Assembly: GCA_028534125.1 (NCBI GenBank) | Contig: CM052817.1 | Span: 109,122,001-109,186,000, forward strand | Direction: 5' to 3' | Source of the DNA: Lama glama | Lineage: Eukaryota | DNA: 64,000 nt | Program-made: the position numbers and the translations under genes | Shown: positions 12,906 through 26,202 of the stretch, piece after piece | How positions within the stretch are numbered: position 1 is the first letter of the stretch | How the letters are laid out: every line of letters begins with the position of its first letter | The notes under the pieces: model-generated | Told to the model about the DNA's origin: nothing | Seen by the model: only the letters and a program-made list of their open reading frames with translations | Databases searched by the model: none

Positions 12906-12907
<2 letters not shown>

Positions 12908-12937
<30 letters not shown>
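12908..12937. repeat. (GT)15 microsatellite upstream of GUCY1B1
   Basis: Perfect GT dinucleotide run. Confidence 0.95.
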
Positions 12938-12938
<1 letters not shown>

Positions 12939-14440
12939 TTTTGCAACGCACAAGCCTTAAAAGGAATCCGCCCTCCCTCGTGGTCAGCATCCTCATGTTC
13001 ACAGTCGTGGTGCAGATAAACATTTCCTTTGTGGCTTGGTCCCTCCACAGTTAAAGGCAAACTGAAAGCTATTAATACAGCGCTCCACACGCTCCACTCT
13101 TAGTCACTGAGCCCAGTGGGTGAGCCAGATGAAGCTGTCAGTGGTAGAGTTTTGGTGTGGGTCCTGTCAAAACCAGCTCTGCCCGTGACCAGCCTGCCCA
13201 GCAACATCTAGTGAGGTTCTGGGCTTGATCCAGCGGGGACCCCGACCCTGCGCCCGGGCTGGGAGCCACCACTCGCTGCAGAAGGGGATCTCCGACTGTC
13301 CACAATTTGGCCTCTGTTGCTGTGTTTCAGAGGTAACTGCTGAACTGGAAAAGGCCTGTACAAAACGAGCAGACTTTAATTACTCTACCTCCCAGTCTAC
13401 TTTCTACCAGGCTCTTAGAATGAATGGTTAATGCCCTGAGCCCCACCACCGTGACCCGATGGGAGAGCAGGGCCTGTCTGTTGACTAAAACTCCAGTGCC
13501 TGGGGTGTGTGTATACCTGGACTGGTGTAGGTCAACAGTGAGGAGGGAAAGGCAAGTTTCGCTTCTAGGTCACCAGCTCAGGGCAACTGAGAAGCCACAA
13601 TGGTCTTCCACGATGGGCGGGTCAGAGCAAATGTCAAAGCAATAAAACTGTAGGTTGTTCTGATAACATGTACAGATTTAAAAGATGTGGTTATCACAAG
13701 TCTGTCGAGGGGGAAAACTGCTGAGTAAAATAAGAAACTTGGAAAAAAGTAAAATAAAACCATACAGGCTTCTATACCCAGGCACTTCTGTTGAAACATG
13801 ATTGATACAGAAATATTATATAGCAAACAAACAAAACAATTTCTATTACTAATGGAATTTTTAAATAAATTTGAGGCTTTCATACAATGAAACACTTTGT
13901 ATAATTATTAAAATATTAAGCCATTCTCGAATGTTAACAATTAATTTTGTTAGAACAGCCCATTACTCTAAACAGCCATGAAAAAGCTGGCGCATAGTGA
14001 TGAGGAAGATAGCGTTAAATGGACAAGTGGCATGCATATGTAATCACCTCCAGTGTTTTGTCTGTGAAGTGCTTGTGTAGGGTAAGGTGCTAATTGGACA
14101 ACAACACACCCGTTGTTATAAATGTGAGCTTTTGGGAAGATGCAGAGGACAGTTCTGAGATGCCTACTGTCTCATTAGAACAAGTGGCTGGAGGAACCAA
14201 CATTTTTACTTTGTGATTTTTTTCTACACAGATGTAATTTTGTTTAAACTTGTGAAAAGACTTTTTGATGTATCTCGACCTGTCTTCCTTTGAACGGCAG
14301 TAGGACCCATGGTATGTCTCAGTCCAGAGTGTGCCACTGTGCCCCACACTCAGATTCTCTAAGTAAAGGGAGAGAATGTTGCTCTCTGGTGATGGAAATG
14401 AAGGGAAGTCCACCAGGAGAAGGATGTGAAAGGAAAGGAA

Positions 14441-14713
14441 GGATGCTGAGCATCTTTTCCTGTGCCCGTCGGCCAACTGTATGTCTTTTCCTCATTGGAG
14501 AAACGTCCGTTTTCGGTCTTGTGCCTGTTTTTCACTGGGTTGTTCGGGGTTTTTTGCTATTGAGTTGTACGAGCCATTTGTATATTCTGGAAATTAAGCC
14601 CTTGTCAGCTGCATAACCTATAATGAAAAAGAATATATATGTGTAAGTATGACTGAATCACTACACTGTCCACAAGGACCTAACACAACACTGTAAATTA
14701 ACTTCAATAAAAC
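14441..14713. mobile_element. 5'-inverted L1 insertion
   Basis: Antisense L1 ORF2 piece (14441-14614) joined to a sense 3' end (14615-14713). TSD AAGGAAAGGAA at 14430-14440 and 14714-14724. Confidence 0.78.
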
Positions 14714-15846
14714 AAGGAAAGGAATGGTGGGCTTCCCTGCCAACTTTGTTTCTCTCTCTGAAATTCAAACTTCTGCCCTCATAGTCCATTTTGTCCAAGA
14801 GTGTTTGCATTTGTCAATATATTACACTGTTTTATTTGTTAATTACCTGACCGTTCCCTGAATCTAAAGGAAGTTCTGTTCGCTGAAACTTTGCCAACAT
14901 TCATGGGCCCACAGACACTATAAGGGATTTGATGTTTAGGGAGAGAGGATGCCACCGGCCCTGAGGGCCCCAAAGTGTGTCTCTTTGCTTTTGCAAGAGT
15001 CCTACCTTTGTCAGCAGGACAGCCAGTTCATAAGCAGATGACGTGGTGTTCCTGGAAACCGTGTAATGTTGGCCTCTCCTCCGAGGAGGACCAGGGCTAG
15101 AGGAAAGAGAGCCCCTGGGGAAGGGCTTAGCCAGCCCCAGAGTCAACGCCAACTATTTGAAGATCAGCCTACTGTGTGAAAAATAAATAAGTAGAAAGGT
15201 ACTATGTGGCTTTCCCAAATGCCAGCTGAAATGACTCACATTTTCAGCTAATAAGAGGAAATTTGTTGGGTACGTTAAACATTAAGTGTAGAGTAAGCAT
15301 TGTTTTCAAGGCTTTTCCAGCGACGGGAAGATAACAGACCCAAGGTTGGGTTAAAGAGGAAACATTCGGGGACTGTCCTCAGGTCTGCACGTTGCTTTTC
15401 AAAGCTTTGGTGTTTTGCCAGATTCTCCCTACCGCGGAATTAGGGCTTCTATTTTTGGACCACGTCACAGAGCATCGTGTCCTTTAATTTCAGCAGTTCC
15501 TTATACAATGTTTTGCTTGATAGTCATACGCTTCTTTAATCTGCGTGGCTCAGAGCCCGATTATTGTTTCTTCGTGAAGCTTCTGTTGCCAGTGCTGGAT
15601 AAGCACAGACCAGTCACACCTCCTGTGAGATTGTCGCTACTACAGTCCCTCCGTCCTGACAACAGCAGAGAATTCCAAGTGCTCGTGAACAAGGAGAAGA
15701 GTACGTTCCAAGTGTCATGTTACGTGATGTGGTTCTGATCGATGGCAAAGGAGATTCAATAATTCAGTTTCCTAAAGAGGTGACATTCAGATTTCCTTTT
15801 AATTTGCAAATTAATTCTTAAGTCACAGGGAAAAGGTATTACTGAA

Positions 15847-16012
15847 ACAACAAAGTCTATTTTACAGCACAGAGAACTATATTCAATATCTTGTAGTAAC
15901 CTACAATGAAAAAGAATATATATGTGTATGTGTAACTGAATCCCTATGCTGTATGTACATCAGAAACTAACACAATGTTGTAAATCAACTATACTTCTAT
16001 ATATATATGCAG
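15847..16012 (+). mobile_element. 5'-truncated L1 3' end
   Basis: Same 3' UTR family. Perfect 14-bp TSD AAGGTATTACTGAA (15833-15846, 16013-16026). Confidence 0.88.
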
Positions 16013-17364
16013 AAGGTATTACTGAATATTAGGAGAAGCACTTTCTAAAGTTACTCTTCTGTACCAAATTCCTTTCAATGTTTATCTTGCCATCAGAATT
16101 TATAAACAAACAAAAAATACACATACATATACATATACATATATATGTTCAAGCATATATATATGTATAATGCTTGGACTCTATAAGTGAATTGAAAGAA
16201 ATTAAAAAGAATTTAAAATGATACTTAGTGTCATGTTACAATAATTAGAAGCTTTAAGATAAATCAACTCATCACGAAGATGTATATTGGAATATATGCA
16301 ATTAAGGAAAAATATGTTTTATTGCTGAGAAAAGCTTATGAAAACCAGACTCAGCTCTAATGTTACACTTCTGGAGTCAAACTGATTAAAATAAAAACTA
16401 ACAAGTTTCTTACTTTGGCCTCAGCCTACACTTACATGTGGCTGAGAGAGATAATGAGACTTAAAAAAAAAAGTAAGAATAGATCTACCATGAATATGTC
16501 AAAGATTCAAATATTTATCTACTTTGAACTCTGAAAGGTATTTTTAAAGGTCATTTAGTAAAAACCTTTTTCTCTATCAGGAAACTATGCACTTTGCTTT
16601 GCTGGGGAACAATGAACATTTAAAATCTTAGCCAAGAAGTATTAATTAGTAAAGTAATGAATTATTGTCCTTAGAAGCCCTGGAAGATTTTAAGATTCCT
16701 AGGAAGCCAGGGCTAAATATACCTTCCTCTTTTCTCACGTAGCGGTGGTTGGAATCGAGCCCTTGCCTCACACATGTCGGTTTCAAAGTGGTCCATGACT
16801 CTTAAGAGCCTCTAGGTACTGCATTGAAGTGTGACTCCGTTCAATTACACACTGAGTGTCACTGGTGAGAAGGAAATAGAGGACCATGAGAACCACACAT
16901 TCAACTGTCTGAATGCCTCTCTTTTTATCTTTTCCTGGTTGAAAAAGCAAAGGGCAAAGTTAGCTACGGGGACAGTCCAGTGTAGGAGTTAACCTATAGA
17001 CTCCTGAGTCAGACTGCCTCTTTTTCACCATTGGATAGAGGACTGATGTTGAACAAGTTTCCCAATTTTTCTCACTTACCACATGGGGAAAATAACAGAT
17101 CAATACACTCCAGGGTTGAGGAGATTAAACACATTACCTCCCTCGCAGGTTTGTTGTGAGCAGCACGTGGTTTTGTGCGTGTGTGATCCTCCGGCAGCGG
17201 AAGGCTCACTCTGAATGCTCAGAAACTGATCACTCATGTTACTTTTCAGGTTGTCGCTGCGATTGCTGTTTTCAGAATCAACCACTAACCTGACGAAACT
17301 CCGTGTGCCCCTCTTCCAGAAATGTGTATGTCCCCCTCGTGGCGAGAGCACGGTGAAAAGAGCT

Positions 17365-17507
17365 AACACTTGTAAATCTCAAACTCCCAAACTTATCCCC
17401 TCCCACCCCATTTCCCCAGTAACCATAAGATTGTACACCAGAGATTGACACATTGTAATTGATTGTACTTCAACTTTTTTTTTAAAGAGAGAGTGAAAAA
17501 AAAAAAA
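17365..17507. mobile_element. 5'-inverted short L1 insertion
   Basis: Antisense L1 3' UTR piece (about 17373-17434), then a sense terminal piece and A tail. AAAAGAGCT direct repeat at 17356-17364 and 17508-17516. Confidence 0.72.
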
Positions 17508-17852
17508 AAAAGAGCTTAAAGGCGGCAGTTAGATGGTCCAGCTCAGCCTTGTCAGCTTCTTGCTGGGCAACTTTCCTGGAGCCTCTAACTCCCCATTTTA
17601 TGACCGTGATGGCAGTGCCAGGCCCACTGTGCTCAGCCAAGGTACCAGGAGCATCACATGAGACGTGTTTGAAAGCATCCCATCAGCTTTAAAGAGCCAC
17701 CCGACTGTTATTTACAGTCTGGAATTAGGAGCTCCAGCGAGGACTCACGTAGGAAGCCCTGAGTGACACGTGACAACCTGACAACTCCTCGGCCGCGTCT
17801 ACCTTTCATGTTCAGAATTCTGTACTTTTCTTTTTGTTAAAAATAAAATCCA

Positions 17853-18069
17853 GGGGAAAGGGGAAGGTGGAGGGACAAATTGGGGTTTGGGATTTGCAGA
17901 TACACACTACTGTATATAAAATAGATAAATAGCAGGGTCCTACTGTGTAGCACAGGGAACTACATACAGTATCTTGTAATGACCTATAATGAGTCATAAT
18001 ATGAATCACTATGCTGTACACCAGAAATTAACACAACATGGTAAATAGACTATACTTCAATGAAAACAT
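17853..18069 (+). mobile_element. 5'-truncated L1 3' end
   Basis: Same 3' UTR family. TSD AAAATAAA(A/G)TCCA at 17840-17852 and 18070-18082. Confidence 0.85.
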
Positions 18070-19846
18070 AAAATAAAGTCCAAACCTAACTAAATCTTAC
18101 AATAATATTATCAATTTTCTAACAAATATGAGTTAAAAATAATGAAAAGGAAGAAAACTGGCCTTCAATGCACTTACATAGAAGTGTGAACTTTTATTCT
18201 GAAGGGGTGCTTTATAAGCAACATAAAAAGCTGAAATTCTTCTAGACTGATGCAGTAAAATTTTACTCATTTTCATTGACATTTGAAGAAAAACAATTGC
18301 ATTGAATGTACCCACTAGTATGTTTATCAAGAATACATATTTATTAAAATGCCCTTTAGAATGCATTTTTAAGGCTTTTTCCTTCGCATGACAAAGAACA
18401 TCAACCTGAAATACAGAAACAAAAAGCCCTAAACCGGTTTGGCCAGCTGCAAAGAGCCCTAAATGAAGTTTCCCTTGTGAAGCATCAGTGCCATTTTGAA
18501 AAGATCAGAATGTGGAACAGTATTTGCTCCACTGGGATGAGTCTAATGCTCTTCGGTTTAAAAACAAAGTCTTACCTCTGGGTAACCTTTGCCCTTTACC
18601 AAGTGTTTGCACACACGTTGTCTGCGGTGTAGACGTCTCATTGTCTGTGAGGGAAGATACTGCTTTGCTGATTCTGGATGTGAGCACCTGAGGCTGGAGG
18701 AGGGAGGAGCTCATAAGCTCTTACAGGCATCCTTCCACTGTGTGACCTGACCCTGCTGAAGGTGGTTGGTCCCAAACCCATAGTTCTTTCCTTCTGATGT
18801 AACCCTCTACGCGTCTGAAGAATCAAGTTTGTGTTTGTTTGTTATGACGACTAACAGAGTAGATAGAAATCAAAAAAGGAGTTGTCTGAAACTTGATCAC
18901 CATGTACACAGGGGGAGTTCGCATGATTTCCCTTCTTTTTTCATGTCTGTAAAACAAGGACGTTATAAATAGTCATGAGATAATAGTCATGACAGTAATA
19001 ATAAAATAATTTTATGCCTTCTGCAGTTTTGATAAGGATCAAATGAATTAACATACATGAATGCATCTTGCATACAGTACAATTTAATGCACTTTGGACT
19101 TGCTGACTTTATTACATGATTCTCTGTCTGAATTATATAAATTTTGAACATTCGTGGTGTAAGAAAACGCCGTGAAGAGGATAAGAGAATGGGGTTCCTA
19201 AGGCCCCTGGCCTTTGGCCCTGCTGTGGACAGCTTACTGATCTCTCCAAACCTGAGAGTAAGGCCGTCCTGGAGATGAAGGGACGTATGACAGCACCTGA
19301 CACACAGTGAATACCCATCGAACGTGGCCTGGATAATGCAGATCAGAAATGTGCTTCTAAAACAGTCCCAGTCCATTTTGACCTGCGCTGTGCCGGTGAC
19401 AGTGCTGGTCCCTGGTCATCAGCTCAGCACCGCAGCCCGGAGCCCGAGTCAGCTCCAGGTCTGCTCTGCTCTATTGTCCTGAGTGAAGGAGATTCAAGCC
19501 ACCCCGGGGTATGTTTTTCTGTTCTCTCCACCAGAATAATCTGCCTTCATGTTATTGAAAAGCTCTTATTTCTTCCTTCTTGGACTCTGCTGTTTCATTT
19601 GCATCCTTGCCAAGAAACCAATACAAAAGACCACAAGTAATTGGCCATAATTTCCAAGGCTGCTCAGACCGACTTTTCTGGCCTGCTGTGGAAATCTGTG
19701 GATTTTTTCCAGTCTGATCTAGGTAAAGGTGATTTTAGTGAAACCGAGAGATTTTTTTCACATTAAAAAAAAAAAAAACAGTACAGTGCTGTGAGCTGTG
19801 AGCTAGTTAAGGAGTCCTGAGCTGTGATGTGGGCGATCAGGTGTGC

Positions 19847-20085
19847 TGTGGTGACAGAATCCAGACCCCTACCCACCCCTACCCCAAGATGTCCGTGTCC
19901 TCATCACCAGAGCCCGTGAGTATGTTACCACATATAACAAAAGAGACTTTGCACGTGTGAGTAAATCAGGAATTTTGAGAGTCTCCTGGATTTTCTGAGG
20001 GACCCTGTGTCATCGCAAAGGTCCTTATAAGAGAGGCAAAGGTGTCCAAGTCACGGCCAGAGATGTCAACAAAAGCAGAGCCTCC
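19847..20085 (+). mobile_element. MaLR (MLT1-like) LTR fragment
   Basis: TGTGGT...CCCAAGATGTCC...GAGTATGTTAC...AGAGACTTTGCA...GGTCCTTATAAGAGAG resembles the 5' part of MLT1. Confidence 0.65.
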
Positions 20086-20489
20086 CACTCTGCTCCACCC
20101 ACCCTGTTACTCTGCGTGGCCCTCTCCCTGTTCTCCTGTTGGCCGTGTTGTGTTTCACACATACATCACACTGATGCACCTTACGTACAATGTAGGAACC
20201 CACACGCACACGATGGAGGGCCACGGCTGTCTCTGAAGGAAGGATGTTTCCCCAGGATTAACCGTCACAAGAATGGTTTGTCCCACCATCCGTCAGAGTT
20301 TGACCCTGCAAGCAGTAGAAACTAGCTGTGGCTGACTTACACAGAAAAGAATCTTAGGAATATTTTTTTGTGTTGTCTTCATATTCGTTTGCCTTGTAGG
20401 CTAGTACGAGATATGGAATATAGCTCTCTGTGAATGATAGACATCCCTGTGAACAAGAAGAAGCGTGCTGCTTATCAGGTTTTGTGAGG

Positions 20490-20635
20490 ATTTTCTTGTA
20501 TTTCCAAAGTGAAAGATATTCTGCCACAGTTCAGTAGGTATCTGTGCGGATTGTTCCATATTTAGCTGTAATTTTGGGGGTGTTTGTGGGAGAGGGTGAG
20601 CTACGCGCCCTTCTACTCCACCACCTTGGATGTCT
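20490..20635 (-). mobile_element. Probable L1 5' UTR start fragment
   Basis: The minus strand reads CCAAGGTGGTGGAGTAGAAGGGCGCGTAGCTCACCCTCTCCCACAAACAC, resembling the CAAGATGGCGGAGTAG...GCTCACC start of laurasiatherian L1s. Confidence 0.55.
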
Positions 20636-23600
20636 CCAAGGAACACTGAGGAACTCACAGAAGCATGAGGAAGACCAGCAAAGTTGTGGGAAAATCATAA
20701 ATTATGTGGAATCTCACTAACTTCCTCCATAAAAAGTGACCCCAAAAAGAGACTCTAAGAGTTATGTTGCATATATTATATAAGTATGTGGATGAGGGTG
20801 GTGGGGGGGCTTTTTACAAGGAGGTAACATTATTTCATAGTTTTTGATACGAGGAGCTAGAAAAGGTGTCTTTGCTCTGTGTTGGTAGGTGCGTTACAGG
20901 GTCTAAAGTTTTTTCCTGCTTGTCTTTCACAGTTCGAAGCCCTCCTTCCACCCCCGTCAAAAGCCTTGGTCTGTTTCCCAACACTAACGAATTTTGTTCC
21001 TTTTCATCCATCACATTTGAACATCAGGAATCTGTAAAGCTTCACCCTGAGAGCTGAGAATGAGGTTTGAGAAAGAGCCAGCAGGGAAGCCAGAGGCTGG
21101 GAAAAAGGATGGGGACCAACAGATGAAACCGTTCATCTTGCGGGTAGAGGAAACTCCAGAGGAAGTGAGTCACGTTGCATGATGCGCCTGTGAACACAAA
21201 TCACAGTGATGACTTCTCATGGTTTTGCGCTGAAGACACTGATCACATAAATGGAGAGTAAATGCAGGAACAGCCCTACCGGCCAACTGGCTGGCACTTC
21301 TCCATCCCAGTCCGACAATTTCACCTTCTGGTCTGCGGCCCAGAGGCTGCTCCTTGGCTGGGACTCTTAGTGACTGTCACTTACTCCTGGGCTCGGAAGC
21401 ACTCCGATCACGTTTGGTCTGGCACGCTGGGTCTGTCTGTCCTTCTGCTGCAGGCTCAGTGTGCTGGACCACACCCATCACCCCCCACCCCGACCCTGCT
21501 GAGCCTGGAAGAGCCAGGGATGTGCTGGAAGGAATCCAGCAAAGCTTGGTGTTCCTCTGCCTCCCTAAACGCGTCCTCCGGCTGTGGTCTGGGAATCTGG
21601 GGGACTGCGGGCTGCAATGCTGACCCAGCAATCCACGGGTTAGAGAGGTGTTCCCAGCTGGCAGACTCTGCCGTCCAGTGGATGAACACTCAGACAGTGA
21701 CCCAGCCCTTGGAGAGGGACTGTATATAATAGGCATCTGGAATTGAGAGTTCTGATTTAAAAAAAAACAAAATCTGTTGAAGCATTTGTTTACCCGGCAG
21801 ATTCCTGGGTTGTGACCCTGCCATTCTACCTGACAAGCCTGTGGCTGTTTCCGGGGACCTGCAGCTTTAACAAGCTCCCCTTTCTCCCACGGTTCTGAAG
21901 CAGGCGGCCCACTCTTAGAGGTCCCCGTGGTCAGGATGACCACAGATGGTGCCCTCTGGACCATGTCCATTGTCTGCTGAGCCTCCTGGACCAGGGCCCC
22001 CGGTTACACCTCACGCATGGTACCCCTGCCTCCTCTACCTTGATGCCAAGTTTGCAGGATGAGTGGCAGGAAGTCCCTGTGAAGACAAGACTCCTAATCA
22101 GGCTGCACCAGCTCCAAGGAAGCTCTGTGCACACTGCAGCCCCTGGCAGGGAGCAGCTCCCGGGCTCAGTGCAAAATCATCCTGGAGGGAGGCTGGCCGG
22201 GTGGGAGGAACCGCCCTGCAGGACCTGCCTGTCCCAGCCCCTGGTAGAGCCATGAGCCCATCCAGGGCCCTTTTCAGCCTGCACGGCCAGCCAGAGAGGG
22301 GACAGCCCCACCCACAGCAAGCAGCTGGCAGTAACACACACTTCCCTGCCTTTGCCAGGTGATGGCAGCCTCTCTGTTGGATGTGTCCTTGTGGGGGGGA
22401 TGGCGATCTCCCCCTCCCTCCCCCTGCCCAGAACCTCCAGGTTTATAACAGGGAAGATGCATTTGCTCTTAATTCAGGTGTGTTTCATTCCCCCTGGAGA
22501 GAAGGGCTCTGGGCTCTGGTCCAGCAGGCTCGGCGGACCATGGACACAGTCAGAGAGTGCCGCCGTGGTTGTCCTGACCTGGGAGACGGTGGGGGCGTCA
22601 GACATCAGAGGATGAGACGGGAGCCACGTTGAGACACCCCCTTCATTGCAGTCACCCCCAGGCCTCACCACCACCCGTGGCGAGCCTTCAAACCCTTGAA
22701 TATCTCTTTCCTCCCTCCTCCTCCCGCTGCTACAGGACGGGTCGCTGTGTTTTCAGAGGAAAGGAAAATCCGGGCTGGGCTGGCACACGAGTGCAGTCCC
22801 AGATTGCACACGGTGCCCCGGGAAGGTGCTGTGGCCTCCCACCCTTGGCCCCACGTGGAAGCCCCTGCAGCTGGTAGACGTGAGGGGTCCCACCCGTGTG
22901 CATAAACCAGTCTAGTCTTTGCTCATGAAGGTGTCAGGCCCCCGAGAGACCGAGTGGCCGCTGCTCCGGGGGGAGGGAGGGGAAGGGAAGCCTGCAGTTT
23001 GTGCAGGAGATGCTGGTGCTGGAGCTCTGCCTGCTGTGTCTGAAAAAGTCAGTAAGTGTCAGCGGGGTGCAGAGGACCCTGTTCCTTGTCACCTGGCAAG
23101 AAATGACAGGGCCTTCAGTATTTAAGGCAAAAAAAAAAAAAAAGATTAAAACGCAAAGCATGTACAACAGTTTGCGGAGATGCAGAGGACAGTTTCTTTT
23201 GGGGGGTGGGGAGGGGGCTTTGAATGATGACCATCACTGATTCTCTTCACTCCGCCCTCCCTCCGGGGGTCAAGGAGCCACCCCACCCACCCACCGAGGT
23301 GGGGGACTTCTGCCCCTCCTCCCCCACAAGTCTGCGTCTTATTTCAGCAGCTATGACCTCAGCTTCTTTCCAGTTCTCCCCTAATTTCACCTAAATCACT
23401 CATCTGGAAAAATCAGGTGCATTTTAAATAAAACTTAGAGAAACAAATTACAGTAACTATAATAATAATTATTAATTATGTTGATCGATTCTATTCCCCA
23501 CCTGTATGGAGACTCAGTAAGAGGAAATGCTCCACCAATAGGTCTTCATCCTTACGAGCTGGAGCCGCTTCCTCCAGCAGGGAGGTGACAGGTCCAAACC

Positions 23601-24640
23601 TCAAGCAGGACTTCTGGGGAAGGCTGACTCCCTTCCCCATGGGTTTCCACTAGCAAAATGATCCAACCAGCGACTTGCAGCTCAAAGGCGTCCTGAGGGC
23701 GGTAGGGGGGTGCCCAGGGGAGCTAGCGCTGGTCTGACTGCGAGAACCCCCTGGGGCATTCGTAGCTCAAGGCAGCAAGAGCAGAGAGCTGGTCAGTTCC
23801 AAATACACATCCAGATGTAGCTGTAACGACACTACTTATGTAGAGTTAGCTTACAAAGCCCAGAACACAAGATACACTTCCTTCTTTCTTCCACTGTGGT
23901 TTTTACTTACATCCCACTAATTTAATTCACACGCCCCATCCCTCCAAGGAACCAGGTGGGATGGTGACTTGTCAACAACAGAGTCATAAAAATTTTATCT
24001 CTTTCCCTCCCTCTTCCCAAACACCCCCCGCCCCACAATATTCAGACAGGTGCTTGTGACCTGTGATTCCACGTGGGGGCAGGGAGACCTTGACCTCACC
24101 CATGTCTCCTTTAAGCAGCTGAGGTCAGAGTAGGACGGGTCAAGGAGTGTGGAGGGGATGGTGGCTTCAGGACACTAAGCAAGGAGTGTCACTGTCATGA
24201 GGGTGTGGAGGCAGCTCGTGGCTCCATCAAATGGGCTTCCAGTGTCTTCGATCTGCCCAGCACACTCAAGCTGGTGGCAAGGTCCTCGTCACTGTCCCTG
24301 TCAGACTTGGGGACACTGGACTCTGCAGAATCACAAGGCAGATTCCAGCAGGGGCGTGGGTTTTGGTCGGGTCAGTTGACGAGGGGCTGACTTACAAGTC
24401 TGCAGAGTGGCAACTTCTTTTGAAGGAGTTTGCTTTAATCTGGGGCACTTGCTGCCCTCCTACCCAGAAAATACCCTTAAAGTCTTGCCCAATTTACATG
24501 CAAGTTCTAGGTAGTTTTCCAGGGCTGTGGGTCTGACTTCAGCACTTTGTCTATGTGAGTCTTACATTCTCCAGTGAGTCATTTTAATCAGCACTGTAAA
24601 TCCAATTCAGGGCATTAAAGGTCCAAATATAGGTCAATGC

Positions 24641-25108
24641 CTACATTAGTTTACTTGAGTTGCCAAAACAAAGTATCCTGGTGATTAAACAGCAAGACAT
24701 TTATTGTCTCCTGGTACAGGAGACTAAGAGTCCAAAACCAAGGTGTTGGCAGGTCTGGTTCCTTCTGAGGAATGTGAGGGAAAAAATTTGCCCGTGCCTC
24801 CCACGTGAATTCTGGCTGATTCTGTCATTAATTCTTGTTCTTTGACTTGTAGAAGCATCACGGCTCTGCCTTCATCTTTACATAGTGTCCTCCCTGTGTG
24901 TGTCTGTGTCCAAACGTCCCCTTTCTGTAGGTGTACCAGCCACACTGGATGAGGGGTGGAGTCTGTGTACTCCATACGGCCTCATCTCATCTCAGCTTCA
25001 TGAATTACATCTTCTAGGATCTTATTCCCAAATAAGGTCACATTCGGAGGTACCTGGACCAGAGCTTCAACAGAGGAGCTTTGGGGTAACACAGCTCAGC
25101 CCGTGACA
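24641..25108. mobile_element. MaLR (MLT1-like) solo LTR
   Basis: ATTTATTGTCTC...CAAGGTGTTGGCAGG...TTCCTTCTGAGG...AATAAGGTCACATTCGGAGGTAC...CAGCCCGTGACA, a typical MLT1 pattern. Confidence 0.75.
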
Positions 25109-25658
25109 GGGCCCTCTCTGCAGGTCCATGGGAGTTGGTCTGCCCCATGGAAATCTCCGCCAAAGAAGCCAGCTCCCTCGTGGCAGCCAAGGCCACGAAC
25201 AAACCCCCACACCTCTGCCCGTCATCTCTGGACAGACTGAAGGTTGAATGAGGTCTTCAGAAGAGCTAAGCCTTTGATGCCCCTGCTGCTGCCATTCTTC
25301 CCGAATAAGCGCTCTGCCCTCAGCGGGCTCAGGGCACCCGTGAACCAGCCAGGGCCTTGGCGATTCGCCTGTTCTGCTCAGAGGGCGTGCAGGTTGTCTT
25401 CCTCTGCAGTGAGGATGAACACAGGCTTCTGGAACTGTCGCATGAAGAGGGCTGCAACTTTCCTCTGGTCCAGGGCTGTGCTTTGTACTAGTTATGATGA
25501 TGAGATGGAATTGAGACTGGCAGCCTGATCGGGAAGAAAGTATTCTCACCCAGAGGGGTGTTAGCAACAGTTACCAAGCCATTATTCATATGGCTGAACT
25601 TGAACCTCCTCCCTGGTGCTTGACATACCCCTCGCTCCACAGTTCTTCCTCACCAGCA

Positions 25659-26202
25659 TGTAACAGAGGAGAACAGATCAGACTCTACGTTGGATCTGTT
25701 CCTTTAGCTTTAACCACTGTGCCCTGTTCTCTAGGCTCAGTCTTGCCAGCTCTGCACCTTTTGGGAAACAATGTTGCCTTTAGCCTGAAATGTATAGGAG
25801 AGCCTATTCTCAGGGCTCTGACCTTTAAGGACGGTAGCTCTTCTGCACTTACATAGAGATAGCAAGTTGCAAACCAGAGAATAACCTTTGTTTTGTTGGA
25901 AGTTTACAGGGACACCATGGCCTGACCCACATGGACGGCTGCAAGAACAAAGGATTCCTGCAGCAAGAAGTTTTCAACAACTAACCACACCCTGTCTCCT
26001 GTTTGTTGTTGTTTTTTTTTTTTCTTTTGTATAAATGGAGCCTGTATTCAGACTGGAGCAGGGTGGTTTGCCAAGACATTAGTCTGCCATCTTCTCGGCC
26101 TGCTGGCTTTCCAAATAAAGTCGCTATTCCTTGCTCCAGCACCTCATCTCCAGTTTATTGACCTGTTCTGTGGCAAGCAGAACGAGTTTGTACTCAGTAA
26201 CA
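25659..26202 (+). mobile_element. ERV1-type solo LTR (544 bp)
   Basis: TGTAAC...GTAACA termini, TATAAA and AATAAA in order, perfect 4-bp TSD AGCA (25655-25658, 26203-26206). Homologous to 37370-37913. Confidence 0.9.

Noticed and set aside
11418..13054. Long ORFs over the CpG island (e.g. 11789-13054 +, 421 aa; 11418-12200 -; 12220-13023 -)
   Set aside because: Arg/Pro/Gly/Ala-rich frames open on both strands are expected from extreme GC content. Only the GUCY1B1 exons are recognisable.
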